Below, in pieces: positions 17,752 to 27,894 of a stretch of DNA of 64,000 nt. The position numbers and the translations under genes were made by a program. Source of the DNA: Nitrospirota bacterium (GTDB lineage: Bacteria; Nitrospirota; UBA9217); contig CAVUCU010000007.1 of the NCBI GenBank assembly GCA_963740085.1, positions 160,001 to 224,000 of the forward strand, given 5' to 3'. The notes under the pieces are model-generated. The model did no database searches. It was not told where the DNA came from and saw only the letters and a list, made by a program, of their open reading frames with translations. The first letter of the stretch is position 1. Each line of letters begins with the position of its first letter.

Positions 17752-20709
17752 TTAATTCTGATCATTAGTTTCAATGGGTATTTTAATAATAAACCGCGTC
17801 CCCTTGTCCTTTTCCGAATCGATCTCTATCGTCCCGCCGTGGTCCTTGATAATGCTATAACAGATGCTGAGTCCCAGACCCGTACCCTTCGTCGGCCCTT
17901 TGGTGCTGAAGAAGGGATCAAAAACCGCGTCCCTCGCCTCCGCGTCTATACCGTGTCCCGTGTCGGCAAAGCGCACCTCAACATGACTGTCCAGCTGTTT
18001 AATTGAGATATCGAGGTCCCCGCCGTCAGGCATTGCATCGCGCGCGTTCAGGATCAGGTTCAGGAAGACCTGCTGGATCTGGTCGGGGTCGATCTTGAGC
18101 TTCGGGGTATCCTGCACTTCCGTGCGAATCATCACCTTCCGGAAGTTTTTGTCGTAGCGAACGAGGTTCAGCGTGTTCTCAAGGATGTCCTGAAGGCTCG
18201 TCGGCAATTTCTGGCGCGGGTAAAGCCGGGCGAAATCGCCGAGGTTCCGCACGATCCGCGCGATCCGGTGTACGTGCTGATTGATCGTGCCGAGCGAATC
18301 CTTCTCAAAGGACGACAGGTCCTCGGTCAACAGCTCCTGAACCAGGGACGAGATGGACGCAAGCGGGTTGCCGACCTCATGGGCCACGCCCGCAGCAAGC
18401 CTGCCCACGCTTGCGTGCTTGGTGGCGCGGAACAGTTCCTCTTCGATCTTCTTCTTCTCGGTGATGTCCTCAAGAACGAGAACGTATCCCTTTTGCGCTC
18501 CCGTTAGCCTGCTGAGGTAGCCCTTCAGAGTGATCTGGGGATCGAAGTTCCGACTGCAGGTAATTTCGCCCTCATGTACGTCAGGGTTGAATAGCCGCGG
18601 CTCCAGACACTTCAGCAGGTCTTTGGCCTGTTTGTTCAAAGCGTCGGACCTCTCCACGTCCGTTATCATGGTCATGCCGCTGTTCCAGTAGGTAACCTGC
18701 AGCGCCTCATCGAGGGTCGCCACGCCGAGCGGAAGACTTTCGATGATGTTCTCGCTGAACTCCTTGAGCATGGCAAGCTGCCGGTTCGCCTCGGCGAGTT
18801 CCTGTCGCGACAGCCGCAGGCTCCGGGATATCTGCCGAATAGAGTCCGAGACGCGGAGTGCGTCATCGTGCGTCAGGACCGTCTGGTCCTGGAAGACCAG
18901 GGTGCTGATGGACGGGCCGAGAGCGCCTGACAGGATGCGTTCGGCCTCTTCCCTGAGCTTCAAAAGCCACTCGTTCGATATCGATTTGCGAGCTATGCTG
19001 TTCTTTTTCAAAAAACCGTCCACAGCTTCGCTCGCTTCGTGCTTGCCGATGTACTGACCCAGGATGTCCTCGATCTTTGCAATATCAGCGGGCCGGTGGG
19101 CCTGAGAGAACTGGAGCGGCGAATAGGAGTCAACGAAGATTATGGCCTGGCGGGTCTCGGCATCGGACTGACGGGTGAAGATCGATACACCCACGAAGGA
19201 GAGGAGGTTCAGCAGCAGGCCCCAGAACAGTGAGTGGGTCCATCGGTCGAGGCCTGTGAGGCCGAAGAGAGCCGTGGGGTTCAGGAGCCTTGATCTGAAG
19301 ATCTCTCCCATGACGCCTCCGGGTTCGATGATCCCGGCGCGCATGAGCGCAGGGATGAGAAGCGTGTATATCCAGACGCTGAAGCCGGCAATGATCCCGG
19401 CGATAGCGCCCTTCTTGTTGCCGCCTTTCCAGTAAAGGCCGAGCAGGATCGATGGGGCAAAGATCGTGACCGCCTCGAAGGACTTGAGCCCGATGTCCAC
19501 AAGGGTGTAGTACTCACCGATGTAGACGGCAAAAGTATACCCGAGGAACACCAACCCCAGGATGACGGCCCGCTTGATGTTCAGCATCACCGCCGAAAAG
19601 TTCTTGAACGCCCTCAAATTCCATAACGTGGGCATCACAAAACTGTTCATGACCATGGTGGACAGCGCCACGGACTCCACAATGATCATGGCCGTGGCAG
19701 CCGAGAATCCGCCGATGAACACAAAGATCGCCAGCAGCGGTTGGCCGTGGTGCAGGGGGATGCTCAGTACGAAATAGTCCGCTGTGGATTGGATATCCCC
19801 GAGCAGCAGCCCGCCGTAGGCGATGGGCAGCACGAAAATATTTATCAGGAACAGATAGAGGGGAAAGAGCCACATCGCCTTTTTGATGTGGTCAGCCGAA
19901 TAATTTTCCACAACAGCCACGTGGAATTGTCGCGGCAGGAACATGATGGCCATCATGGACAGGAAGGTGAGGGATGTCCATTCAAGGAAGCTGACCGGCG
20001 ATCCCTCGCCGATCTTCGTCAGTGAAGCATACTGCGTATGTGCAATTTTCTGGAAAATATCTCCGAAGCCGTTAAAGATCCCATACGTCACAAAAAATCC
20101 GACGCTCATGAATGCTACCAGCTTGATCGCCGATTCAAAAGCCACGGCGAAGACCAGACCGCCGTGGCGCTCACTTGCATCGAGCTTTCGCGCACCGAAG
20201 ATAACGGCAAACACGCCAAGGAGCAGCGAGATGAACCAGCCCATAAAGTGGATGTCTTCGGGCCTGCCCGAGAGCAGGGAGAACGTCGATGTGATGGCCT
20301 TGAGCTGGAGCCCGAGATAGGGGGTGATGCCGATAACTGCCACGATCGTGACCAGGACGGAGAGACCGACGGATTTGCCGTAGCGCGACGAAATGAAATC
20401 AGAGATCGTGGTGATCCGATTTTCCTTGGAAAGGTACACGATCTTCCTGAGCACGATCCACCAGAGCGCGGCCATGAGCGTGGGACCGATGTAGGTCGTG
20501 AGAAAGCTCAAACCCGAATTCGCCGCCCTGCCCACGCTGCCGTAAAAGGTCCAGGAGGTGCAGTAAACAGCGAGGGAGAGCGAATAGATATAGGGGTTTG
20601 AAACCAGGCTCCTCCCCTGCTCTTCCTTTAGTTCCGCAAAATAGGCAACGGAAAAGAGGAGCAGGAGGTAGCCAAAGATGATGGTGAGCAGGATCCAGGG
20701 CGAGAACAC
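17752..20709 (-). CDS. SLC5-STAC-PAS histidine kinase (CbrA/CrbS family)
   Basis: YSLSLAVYCTSWTFYGSVG, FLPRQFHVAVVE, the STAC-like AERILSGALG, AHEVGNPL, NLILNARDAM and GTGLGL. Confidence 0.92.
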   Translation of the reverse strand: MFSPWILLTIIFGYLLLLFSVAYFAELKEEQGRSLVSNPYIYSLSLAVYCTSWTFYGSVGRAANSGLSFLTTYIGPTLMAALWWIVLRKIVYLSKENRITTISDFISSRYGKSVGLSVLVTIVAVIGITPYLGLQLKAITSTFSLLSGRPEDIHFMGWFISLLLGVFAVIFGARKLDASERHGGLVFAVAFESAIKLVAFMSVGFFVTYGIFNGFGDIFQKIAHTQYASLTKIGEGSPVSFLEWTSLTFLSMMAIMFLPRQFHVAVVENYSADHIKKAMWLFPLYLFLINIFVLPIAYGGLLLGDIQSTADYFVLSIPLHHGQPLLAIFVFIGGFSAATAMIIVESVALSTMVMNSFVMPTLWNLRAFKNFSAVMLNIKRAVILGLVFLGYTFAVYIGEYYTLVDIGLKSFEAVTIFAPSILLGLYWKGGNKKGAIAGIIAGFSVWIYTLLIPALMRAGIIEPGGVMGEIFRSRLLNPTALFGLTGLDRWTHSLFWGLLLNLLSFVGVSIFTRQSDAETRQAIIFVDSYSPLQFSQAHRPADIAKIEDILGQYIGKHEASEAVDGFLKKNSIARKSISNEWLLKLREEAERILSGALGPSISTLVFQDQTVLTHDDALRVSDSIRQISRSLRLSRQELAEANRQLAMLKEFSENIIESLPLGVATLDEALQVTYWNSGMTMITDVERSDALNKQAKDLLKCLEPRLFNPDVHEGEITCSRNFDPQITLKGYLSRLTGAQKGYVLVLEDITEKKKIEEELFRATKHASVGRLAAGVAHEVGNPLASISSLVQELLTEDLSSFEKDSLGTINQHVHRIARIVRNLGDFARLYPRQKLPTSLQDILENTLNLVRYDKNFRKVMIRTEVQDTPKLKIDPDQIQQVFLNLILNARDAMPDGGDLDISIKQLDSHVEVRFADTGHGIDAEARDAVFDPFFSTKGPTKGTGLGLSICYSIIKDHGGTIEIDSEKDKGTRFIIKIPIETNDQN

Positions 20710-20886
20710 TTAACCTCCTCCGTCCTCTCGTTTTGAATATGTAGACGCAAGGAAAATGAGCCCGATAAAAACGAGCCAGATTATAAAGAGGTAGTAGGAC
20801 AGGCTGTCGCGGAAGATAGAGAGGAAGGGCCCGCCGAAGAGCAAGACCCCTAGGCTGAACAAAAAGACCCAGATATCACGTTTCAT
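20710..20886 (-). CDS. 58-aa two-TM peptide coupled to the kinase (CbrX-like)
   Basis: MKRDIWVFLFSLGVLLFGGPFLSIFRDSLSYYLFIIWLVFIGLIF...; its last codons form the RBS GGAGGAGG-TTAA-GTG of the kinase. Confidence 0.7.
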   Translation of the reverse strand: MKRDIWVFLFSLGVLLFGGPFLSIFRDSLSYYLFIIWLVFIGLIFLASTYSKREDGGG

Positions 20887-21096
20887 CCCTTCACGTTCCT
20901 TTCCCTGATCGGCACTCGATATACTATCACAAATTATCGTCAAATTCCATACGGGAAACAGGTCATTCATGACGGCGCAGGCTATCAACCGCCTTGATTT
21001 TGTAATGCACATCTGATAAGGTTGTGAGACTGCATGTCACTATCCTTTTGTGCACGACCGCAGATAATCTACAGAGACACGAGGGGGTAACAAGCC

Positions 21097-21684
21097 ATGG
21101 CTGAAACAGACCTTCCCGATCCTGAAGACCTCGAAAAATTGGGCGCAAAGACCTTCACCAGACGTATTGCGTTGACCACGGCGGTCTTTGCCGTGCTTCT
21201 CGCCATCGCCTCCCTTGGCGGCAACAACGCCGCCAGGGAGATGATGCTCGCCCAGCAGCAGGCATCCGACCAATGGGCGCTCTACCAGGCAAAGACCATG
21301 CGTGAAAATCTGTACAAAATGAACGGCCTTCGCATGGAGGCGGACCTCCTTGACCGGGGCCCGGCCATGAAACCGAACAGCAGGAAACTGTATGCATCCA
21401 TGCTGAAGGACAGTAAAGTTGAAGAGGCAGGGTACCGGGAGGGAAAAAAGAAGATCGAGGAGGAGGCGAGGCACCTTGAAGCGGAGCGGGACAAGAACCG
21501 CGCCAAAGACGCTTACTTCGATTATGCCGGGGTCCTCCTGCAGATATCCATCGTCATGGCATCTATCTCGATCCTCGCCGCCTCGCGTCAGATCTTCTCT
21601 TTCGCCATAGGCAGCGCTGCCCTCGGCACGCTCTTCATGCTGAACGGCTTTTTCCTGATATTTAAGCTCCCGTTTTTTCATTAA
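21097..21684 (+). CDS. DUF4337-family membrane protein
   Basis: IALTTAVFAVLLAI, ASDQWALYQAK and LLQISIVMASISIL. Confidence 0.8.
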   Translation: MAETDLPDPEDLEKLGAKTFTRRIALTTAVFAVLLAIASLGGNNAAREMMLAQQQASDQWALYQAKTMRENLYKMNGLRMEADLLDRGPAMKPNSRKLYASMLKDSKVEEAGYREGKKKIEEEARHLEAERDKNRAKDAYFDYAGVLLQISIVMASISILAASRQIFSFAIGSAALGTLFMLNGFFLIFKLPFFH

Positions 21685-21904
21685 GTGATGCTGCGACGAG
21701 AGACGTCATCCAGCGTATCGCCGCCATGCGGTGCGCTTCACCCTAACACATCCCTTTCAGGTCTTCGTACTGTAATAGTGCTATACTTATAAAGGTAAAG
21801 GCGGAATTTAATCTTTCGTTCAAGTCTAATTCGCTATCGCTCATGGCTTAATGCCCTGTTAGACCTGTGCGGAGGGGAAAATAATAAACAGGGAGGAAAC
21901 GGAT

Positions 21905-22366
21905 ATGAAAGCACAGATGGCAATCAACGGGATTCTAGTCAGTTTTTCATTTGTAGTATTATTGTCAGGATTCAACAGTGTAGCTTTGGGAAAATCACCG
22001 GCGGATAATTTAGCCATAAAGGGGTACGATACCGTAGCATATTTCCAGGCCGGCCAGGCACTAAAAGGCAATGGGTCATTTACCGTCCAGTGGCATGACA
22101 TGACCTGGTATTTCTCAACCAAAGAGAACAGGGATCTGTTTGCGGCCAGTCCGGAGAAATACGCCCCGCAATATGACGGTTACTGTGCCTGGGCCATGAC
22201 GGAGTCACGGAAGGCCATAACCGATCCTGAAGTATGGAAGATCGTTGACGGAAAGCTTTACCTGAATTGCAGCAAGTCGGCGTTTGAAAAATGGAGCAGG
22301 GATATTCCCGGCAACATCAAAAAGGCCGATATGATCTGGTCAAAAATTGAGGGCGGAAAAAATTGA
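21905..22366 (+). CDS. Exported YHS-domain protein
   Basis: AIKGYDTVAYF, PEKYAPQYDGYCAWA and WKIVDGKLYLN. Confidence 0.85.
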   Translation: MKAQMAINGILVSFSFVVLLSGFNSVALGKSPADNLAIKGYDTVAYFQAGQALKGNGSFTVQWHDMTWYFSTKENRDLFAASPEKYAPQYDGYCAWAMTESRKAITDPEVWKIVDGKLYLNCSKSAFEKWSRDIPGNIKKADMIWSKIEGGKN

Positions 22367-22393
22367 TCGCATGCCTTCTCAGATGAAAGCGGC

Positions 22394-22834
22394 ATGAATA
22401 CGCGAAGCGAGGTATGGCCAAACGGAATTCCGGTGGTCAGCCAAAAAGCGCAACGGTCAAGAACAGTCACCGCCCGCGACATCGAGTTATTCACTGAGAT
22501 AAGCGGCGACCACAATCCTTTGCATTATGATGAAGAGGTTGCCCGAACCACCCGCTTTGGAAGCATTGTTGTCCAGGGCGGCGTTACCAGCGCAATACTC
22601 AATGCGGTCGTGGCGGAGGACCTCCCCGGCCCGGGCACCGTATTCTTGCACGTTAACTGGGAATTCAAGGCGCCCGTTCGGCCCGGCGACACCCTCACCG
22701 GTGAAGTGACAATTAACAAGGTGCGTGAAGACAAGCCGATAACAGAGCTGGAGACCCGCGTAGTTCTCGCCGACGGCACCGTTGTCCTGGAAGGAACTGC
22801 TGTCTGTTACACGTTCCCCATTAAAAAGAAATAG
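22394..22834 (+). CDS. MaoC-family dehydratase
   Basis: FTEISGDHNPLH, LPGPGT and FKAPVRPGD. Confidence 0.88.
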   Translation: MNTRSEVWPNGIPVVSQKAQRSRTVTARDIELFTEISGDHNPLHYDEEVARTTRFGSIVVQGGVTSAILNAVVAEDLPGPGTVFLHVNWEFKAPVRPGDTLTGEVTINKVREDKPITELETRVVLADGTVVLEGTAVCYTFPIKKK

Positions 22835-22937
22835 GTACTATGAACCACAACCGGACATGCGATGTCGCTGTGCGATTTGCCCACCTGCTCATCGGTTCTT
22901 TCTTTACATTCTTGCCCTGTTGTGATAAAAATCCCTC

Positions 22938-25688
22938 ATGAAATCACTACACTGGCTGGCAGGTTGCGCCTTCGTTCTGCTGCTCCTCTCCCCTGCCTAC
23001 TCATCCTCTTCCTCCTTTTCCGGGATGACGATAACCCGGATCGATTTCAAGGACGATCTCGGCCAGCCCTGGCCCAATCCCGGACAAGTGTTGCCGCTCA
23101 TCCTGTTGAAGCCCGGGGACCGGTTCGCCGGTTCTACGATCCGCGACGGGATCGCGACGCTTTATCTGAAAAGGATCTTCAAGGATATCCGGGTCGAGGC
23201 CTTCCCTGACAACGGCGGTGTGCGGCTTGAATATATCGTGACGCCGATATCGATCGTGGATGAGATAGACATCCACGGCAACAGTACGGTCCCCTCGGGT
23301 ACGATCCTGGACGCGCTCGCCGGTATCGAAGGGAAAGAACCGCGCGACGAGAAGCTTTTCTCGCTCAGGTCAGACATCCTCGCCCTCTACCAGGTAGAGG
23401 GATTTTATCATGCGACCGTGGCCTTCCGCACCACGCCTCTCAAAGAACCGCATCGTGTTGCCCTCCATGTCTATATCCAGGAGTCAAGACCGACGCTGAT
23501 CGCAGATATCGCCTTTTCCGGCAATGTCGTGTTCACGGACAAACAACTCATCAGGGTCATGAAAAGCAAAAAAGGGTCGCGGCTGCGGCGAGATATCCTT
23601 CTGGACTCGGATATGAAAGCGATCATCAATAAATATACCGACAAAGGATATCCCGCGGCAAAGGCCGGACCTGTTGAATTGAGTTTCACGGAAAACAAGG
23701 TCATGGTGCATGTCCCGGTGAGCGAGGGCCCGCTCGTAACGGTCAGTTTCATCGGCAACCGCGAGTTCGGATCCAAAAAGCTGAAGCAAACCCTCCTGAT
23801 CTGGACGGAACATGACATCTCGGACTCCGTTGTCGACAGCAGCATGGACAAGATAAAGGGCCTGTACCGTGAAAAGGGTTATGCCGATGTGGCCATGGAA
23901 GTTAAAAAATCCGGGCAGCCGGGCCGGCTCGACCTTGAGTTCACGGTCCATGAGGGGCCGCGGGTGATGGTGAAGGAGATCACGATCCGCGGAAATACCC
24001 TGTTTTCTGCCAAAGAGATCAAGAAGCAAATGGCCCTGCGGGAGCCGGGCTGGTTCACCTCACCTCCCTTTCAGGAGGACCTTCTGGACAGGGATGTTGA
24101 AGACCTCCGCAATCGATATCTTGATGCCGGCTACTTGTCCGCAACCGTGAACCAGAACACGGTCAGAAACAAGGACCAGAGCGAGGCAACAGTAACCATC
24201 GAGATCATTGAAGGACCGCAGACAAGAACGGGCAGTGTCTCCTTCGACGGGAACACCGCCTTCACCACGGCGGAGCTTCAGAAAAACACCTATCTGAAAC
24301 AGGGCGCGCCATTCAACGAACGTCTCATCGACGAGGACAAATACCGGATACTGATGATGTACTCTAACAAAGCCTACCTTTATGCCAGGGTGGAAGTGGA
24401 AAAAACCCCTCATGACGGGACCGTGGATGTTCGCTTCCGGATCACCGAGGATAGGCCGGTCAAGATCGGCAAGATCATTCTGCGGGGGAACATACGGACC
24501 AGGGATGACGTGATCATGCGCGAACTGCTCGTGAAACCGGGGGACCCTTACAACTACAGCGCCATTCTCAAGAGCCAGCAGCAGATCTACCGCTTCGGCT
24601 ATTTCCGGGTTGCCCGGTTCGACCCCGTCCATCCGGGCGAAAAAGAATATATCATAGACTTGTTGTTCACGGTCGAGGAAAGGCCTGCGGGAGCTGTGGA
24701 GGTCAGCGTGGGTTACGGCGACCTGGACCGGCTCCGGGGTTCCGTGGAGGTCTCGTATCGGAACCTCTGGGGTACGGCACGGTACTCGAGCCTTCGGTAC
24801 GAGCAAAGCGACATACTCAAGCGCGCGATCTTTAATTTTCAGGAACCCTGGATCCTGGGCTATAAACTTGAGAACAAGTTCAGCCTCGTGTGGTCGGATT
24901 CAGAGAAACTGAACTCCGATACCCGCGAGATCTATTATAAAACGCGCAAAACCGTGGCCTCCTTCGGCGTTGAAAAGACCTACGAGCATCTGAAGCCTTC
25001 GCTGACATACCAGTTCGAGAATGTCGTCAATTATGACGTGCTGCAGGCGGCTCAGCTCACCCCGGAAGACAGCGGCCGCGTTCTGGTGAGCAGTCTCAGC
25101 CCGGCCGTAGTCCTGGACCTGCGCGATGATGTGTTCAATCCGAGAAAGGGTGCGCTCTACGGCATCGTCCTGAAAGAGGCGCTCCGGGAACTGTGGTCGC
25201 AGGCGGACTTCTCAAAGCTTACGGTCCAGGGCAGCTGGTTCTTTCCGCTTGGCACTGCCGTCGTGGCCCTGTCCGCTCGGGCGGGCATGGCCTGGCCGTT
25301 CCGCGATACCGCCGAGGTCCCGATCCATGAGCGGTTCTACGTGGGCGGAAGCACCACGGTTCGGGGCTACAAACAGGACGCCGTGGGGCCGAGCGTGGTG
25401 GGGCCGGACGGTCAACCGATCCCGACGGGAGGCTCGAGCATGATGGTGCTGAATCTCGAACTTCGATTGAACCCCGGGGAGGGATTCGGCGTCGTCTTCT
25501 TTACCGACGCAGGCAATGTGTGGCAAGGTCAGGAGATCAACGTAAAAGACCTCCGGTCCTCCTACGGCGCCGGGATCCGGTACGGAACTCCCGTAGGCCC
25601 CCTCAGGATCGATTACGGACAAAAGATACACCGGCTTCCCGGGGAAAGTCCGGGAGAACTTCATTTCAATATTGGCAATACCTTCTGA
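22938..25688 (+). CDS. bamA: Omp85/BamA-family outer membrane assembly protein with ~7 POTRA domains
   Basis: Signal peptide, seven POTRA starts, ERFYVGGSTTVRGY, YGTPVGPLRIDYG and C-terminal FNIGNTF. Confidence 0.85.
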   Translation: MKSLHWLAGCAFVLLLLSPAYSSSSSFSGMTITRIDFKDDLGQPWPNPGQVLPLILLKPGDRFAGSTIRDGIATLYLKRIFKDIRVEAFPDNGGVRLEYIVTPISIVDEIDIHGNSTVPSGTILDALAGIEGKEPRDEKLFSLRSDILALYQVEGFYHATVAFRTTPLKEPHRVALHVYIQESRPTLIADIAFSGNVVFTDKQLIRVMKSKKGSRLRRDILLDSDMKAIINKYTDKGYPAAKAGPVELSFTENKVMVHVPVSEGPLVTVSFIGNREFGSKKLKQTLLIWTEHDISDSVVDSSMDKIKGLYREKGYADVAMEVKKSGQPGRLDLEFTVHEGPRVMVKEITIRGNTLFSAKEIKKQMALREPGWFTSPPFQEDLLDRDVEDLRNRYLDAGYLSATVNQNTVRNKDQSEATVTIEIIEGPQTRTGSVSFDGNTAFTTAELQKNTYLKQGAPFNERLIDEDKYRILMMYSNKAYLYARVEVEKTPHDGTVDVRFRITEDRPVKIGKIILRGNIRTRDDVIMRELLVKPGDPYNYSAILKSQQQIYRFGYFRVARFDPVHPGEKEYIIDLLFTVEERPAGAVEVSVGYGDLDRLRGSVEVSYRNLWGTARYSSLRYEQSDILKRAIFNFQEPWILGYKLENKFSLVWSDSEKLNSDTREIYYKTRKTVASFGVEKTYEHLKPSLTYQFENVVNYDVLQAAQLTPEDSGRVLVSSLSPAVVLDLRDDVFNPRKGALYGIVLKEALRELWSQADFSKLTVQGSWFFPLGTAVVALSARAGMAWPFRDTAEVPIHERFYVGGSTTVRGYKQDAVGPSVVGPDGQPIPTGGSSMMVLNLELRLNPGEGFGVVFFTDAGNVWQGQEINVKDLRSSYGAGIRYGTPVGPLRIDYGQKIHRLPGESPGELHFNIGNTF

Positions 25689-25842
25689 TGAACAGGCCCC
25701 GGCAAAGCCTCTCCGTGATCTGTTGTCCGGACATGGCACTCTGTACTTCCCTTCGTGCCGTCCGCTGTGGTATTATTCCCGCAGAAAACAGAGCGGCCCG
25801 GTATTATATATACGCCGAGCGCACGGAAAACCCGGACAACAC

Positions 25843-27081
25843 ATGAAAAAACACAAAAAGAGCGGCGCCCGGTCTGAGGCGCAATTTACGGAGAGCGCCG
25901 TCAAGCTTAAACGCTCATCCCCTGAGCTGGAGCAAAAGCCGTTCGAGGGCACGAATGAATTAGCCGCCATTGACGCGGTCGCCCTCACGTTGAGCGAGGC
26001 CGGCAACCTCACGGACGTCCTTGCCAGGTCGCTTGACAGGATCATCACCAGCCTGTCCGGCCTGAAGCCCCGGGGAGGCGTGTTCCTGTGCGATCCCGAC
26101 GGCGAGGTCCTGCGCCTGGTGACGCACAAGGGTCTCCCGCCGGAATTTGCGCGGCACGAGGAGACGATCAGGATGGGGGAATGTCTGTGCGGCATGGTTG
26201 CCCGGACCGGAGAGTTGCTGTTTACGCGGGATGGATGCTCGGACCCTCGTCATGTGCGCAACAGGGGCGCAGAGGACCATGGCCACATCATCATTCCCAT
26301 GAAATCGAGGGGTATTGTCCTGGGGGTCATGTTCCTCTACACGACCATGGATTTTGAGCTCAAGCCGACGGATATCCAGATGCTCGATGCGATCGGGGCA
26401 CAACTCGGCCTGGCAGTCGAGAACTTCCGTTTTTATACTGAGGTGAAGCAGTCAAGCGAGAAATACTGGGACCTCTTTGAGAACGCCCGGGATATCCTTT
26501 TTACCATGGACACCGGCTGCAGGTTTACCGCGGTGAACCGGACAGCGGAATTGTTTTCCGGTTATTCGAAGATGGAACTCATCGGGATGAATGTCAAGGA
26601 TTTTCTCACTCCGTCGGCGGCCGCGATGGGGAAGGAACTGCTTGGCGGAGAAGAGATCAAATCGCGCCGGTTGATCGAGTTCGAGGTCATCAAGCGGGAT
26701 ACGAACCACGCGTTCCTTGAGGTGAGCCTCCGAAAGCTGTTTGTGAACCAGGTTCTGACGGGTTTCCAGGTTTCCGCGCGCGACATAACCGAGCAGAAGA
26801 ACATGAGGGCAATGATCGTCAAGGCCGAACGCCTGGGCGCTATCGGGCAGGTAGGGATCGCCGTCCGGCATGAGATCAACAACCCTCTCACGACCGTCAT
26901 TGGCAACGTCGAACTGCTCATCGAGCGCTATGAGCACAAGGACAAGGAACTCACTGCGCGGCTGGAGGTGATTCTGAACAATGCCCTCAGGATAGCCGAG
27001 ATAACCAAACGGCTGCAGGAGATCAAAAAGGAAAATATCGTGGACTATCGCACCGGCGTAAAAATGACGGATTTAAAGTAA
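25843..27081 (+). CDS. GAF-PAS-HisKA protein lacking an HATPase domain
   Basis: GECLCG GAF, a PAS domain (DLFENARD) and the H-box HEINNPL; it stops ~65 aa later with no N/G boxes. Confidence 0.8.
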   Translation: MKKHKKSGARSEAQFTESAVKLKRSSPELEQKPFEGTNELAAIDAVALTLSEAGNLTDVLARSLDRIITSLSGLKPRGGVFLCDPDGEVLRLVTHKGLPPEFARHEETIRMGECLCGMVARTGELLFTRDGCSDPRHVRNRGAEDHGHIIIPMKSRGIVLGVMFLYTTMDFELKPTDIQMLDAIGAQLGLAVENFRFYTEVKQSSEKYWDLFENARDILFTMDTGCRFTAVNRTAELFSGYSKMELIGMNVKDFLTPSAAAMGKELLGGEEIKSRRLIEFEVIKRDTNHAFLEVSLRKLFVNQVLTGFQVSARDITEQKNMRAMIVKAERLGAIGQVGIAVRHEINNPLTTVIGNVELLIERYEHKDKELTARLEVILNNALRIAEITKRLQEIKKENIVDYRTGVKMTDLK

Positions 27082-27096
27082 GGCAGAAAGGCATTC

Positions 27097-27780
27097 ATGA
27101 AGTCATCTTTCACCACCGCCTCTATCCAATTCCCGACAAACCGCGTGCGGTACAGGAGCCGCCTGGGTGCGGGAATAAGCCTGTGCCTTTGCATCCTCCT
27201 GCTCTCCTCCCCGGTCCGGGCGGAGCTGGTGGACCGCATCGTAGCAGCGGTCAACAATGACGTGATCACCGCGAGCGACCTTGCCCATGCGGTCGCGCTG
27301 AATATGCGGCTCGGCGGCACCTATGAAGACCGGAAGACGCTTGAATCGGACACCCTCGAAGGGCTCATCACCAGACGGCTGCTCGTCCAGGAGGCGCGCC
27401 GCCTCCGGTTCGTCGAGGTCTCCGATGAGGAGATCAGCGCCGAGAGCGACAAGCTCAGGAAGCAATTCGGCTCCGACAAGGCCTTTGAAGACTTCCTGAA
27501 AGAACAGGACATGACCGGGCAGGAACTCCGCAGGATGCTTGGCGAACGGCTTCTGGTCGAGCGGTTCGTGGAAAAGAAGGTCGGGATCTTCGTACGGGTG
27601 AACAGGGACGAAGCACGGAGTTATTTTGAATCGCATGCCGCTGAGTACAAGGACAAACGTTTTGAGGATCTTCAGAAGACCATCATTGCGCTGCTGACCG
27701 ATCAAAAAATCAAGCAGCAGTTAGACCAGTACGTAGCCGAGCTTCGCAGCAGGGCGGACATCAGGATCAACGCGCACTGA
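27097..27780 (+). CDS. SurA N-terminal-domain periplasmic chaperone
   Basis: VDRIVAAVNNDVIT...LRSRADIRIN; no parvulin domain. Confidence 0.8.
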   Translation: MKSSFTTASIQFPTNRVRYRSRLGAGISLCLCILLLSSPVRAELVDRIVAAVNNDVITASDLAHAVALNMRLGGTYEDRKTLESDTLEGLITRRLLVQEARRLRFVEVSDEEISAESDKLRKQFGSDKAFEDFLKEQDMTGQELRRMLGERLLVERFVEKKVGIFVRVNRDEARSYFESHAAEYKDKRFEDLQKTIIALLTDQKIKQQLDQYVAELRSRADIRINAH

Positions 27781-27894
27781 GAGGGTGATATCGGTCCGAA
27801 GCGGGCCGGCATGCGTATTGTATTTTACCGTATGATGAGTTGACAGTAGGACAACGATTATGCTATGGTAATCACATTAAGAGAGGAGGCGGCA

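Noticed and set aside
21905-22366. Possible selenoprotein (the YHS family can contain Sec)
   Set aside because: The GYCA position is a normal Cys codon (TGT) and there is no in-frame TGA.
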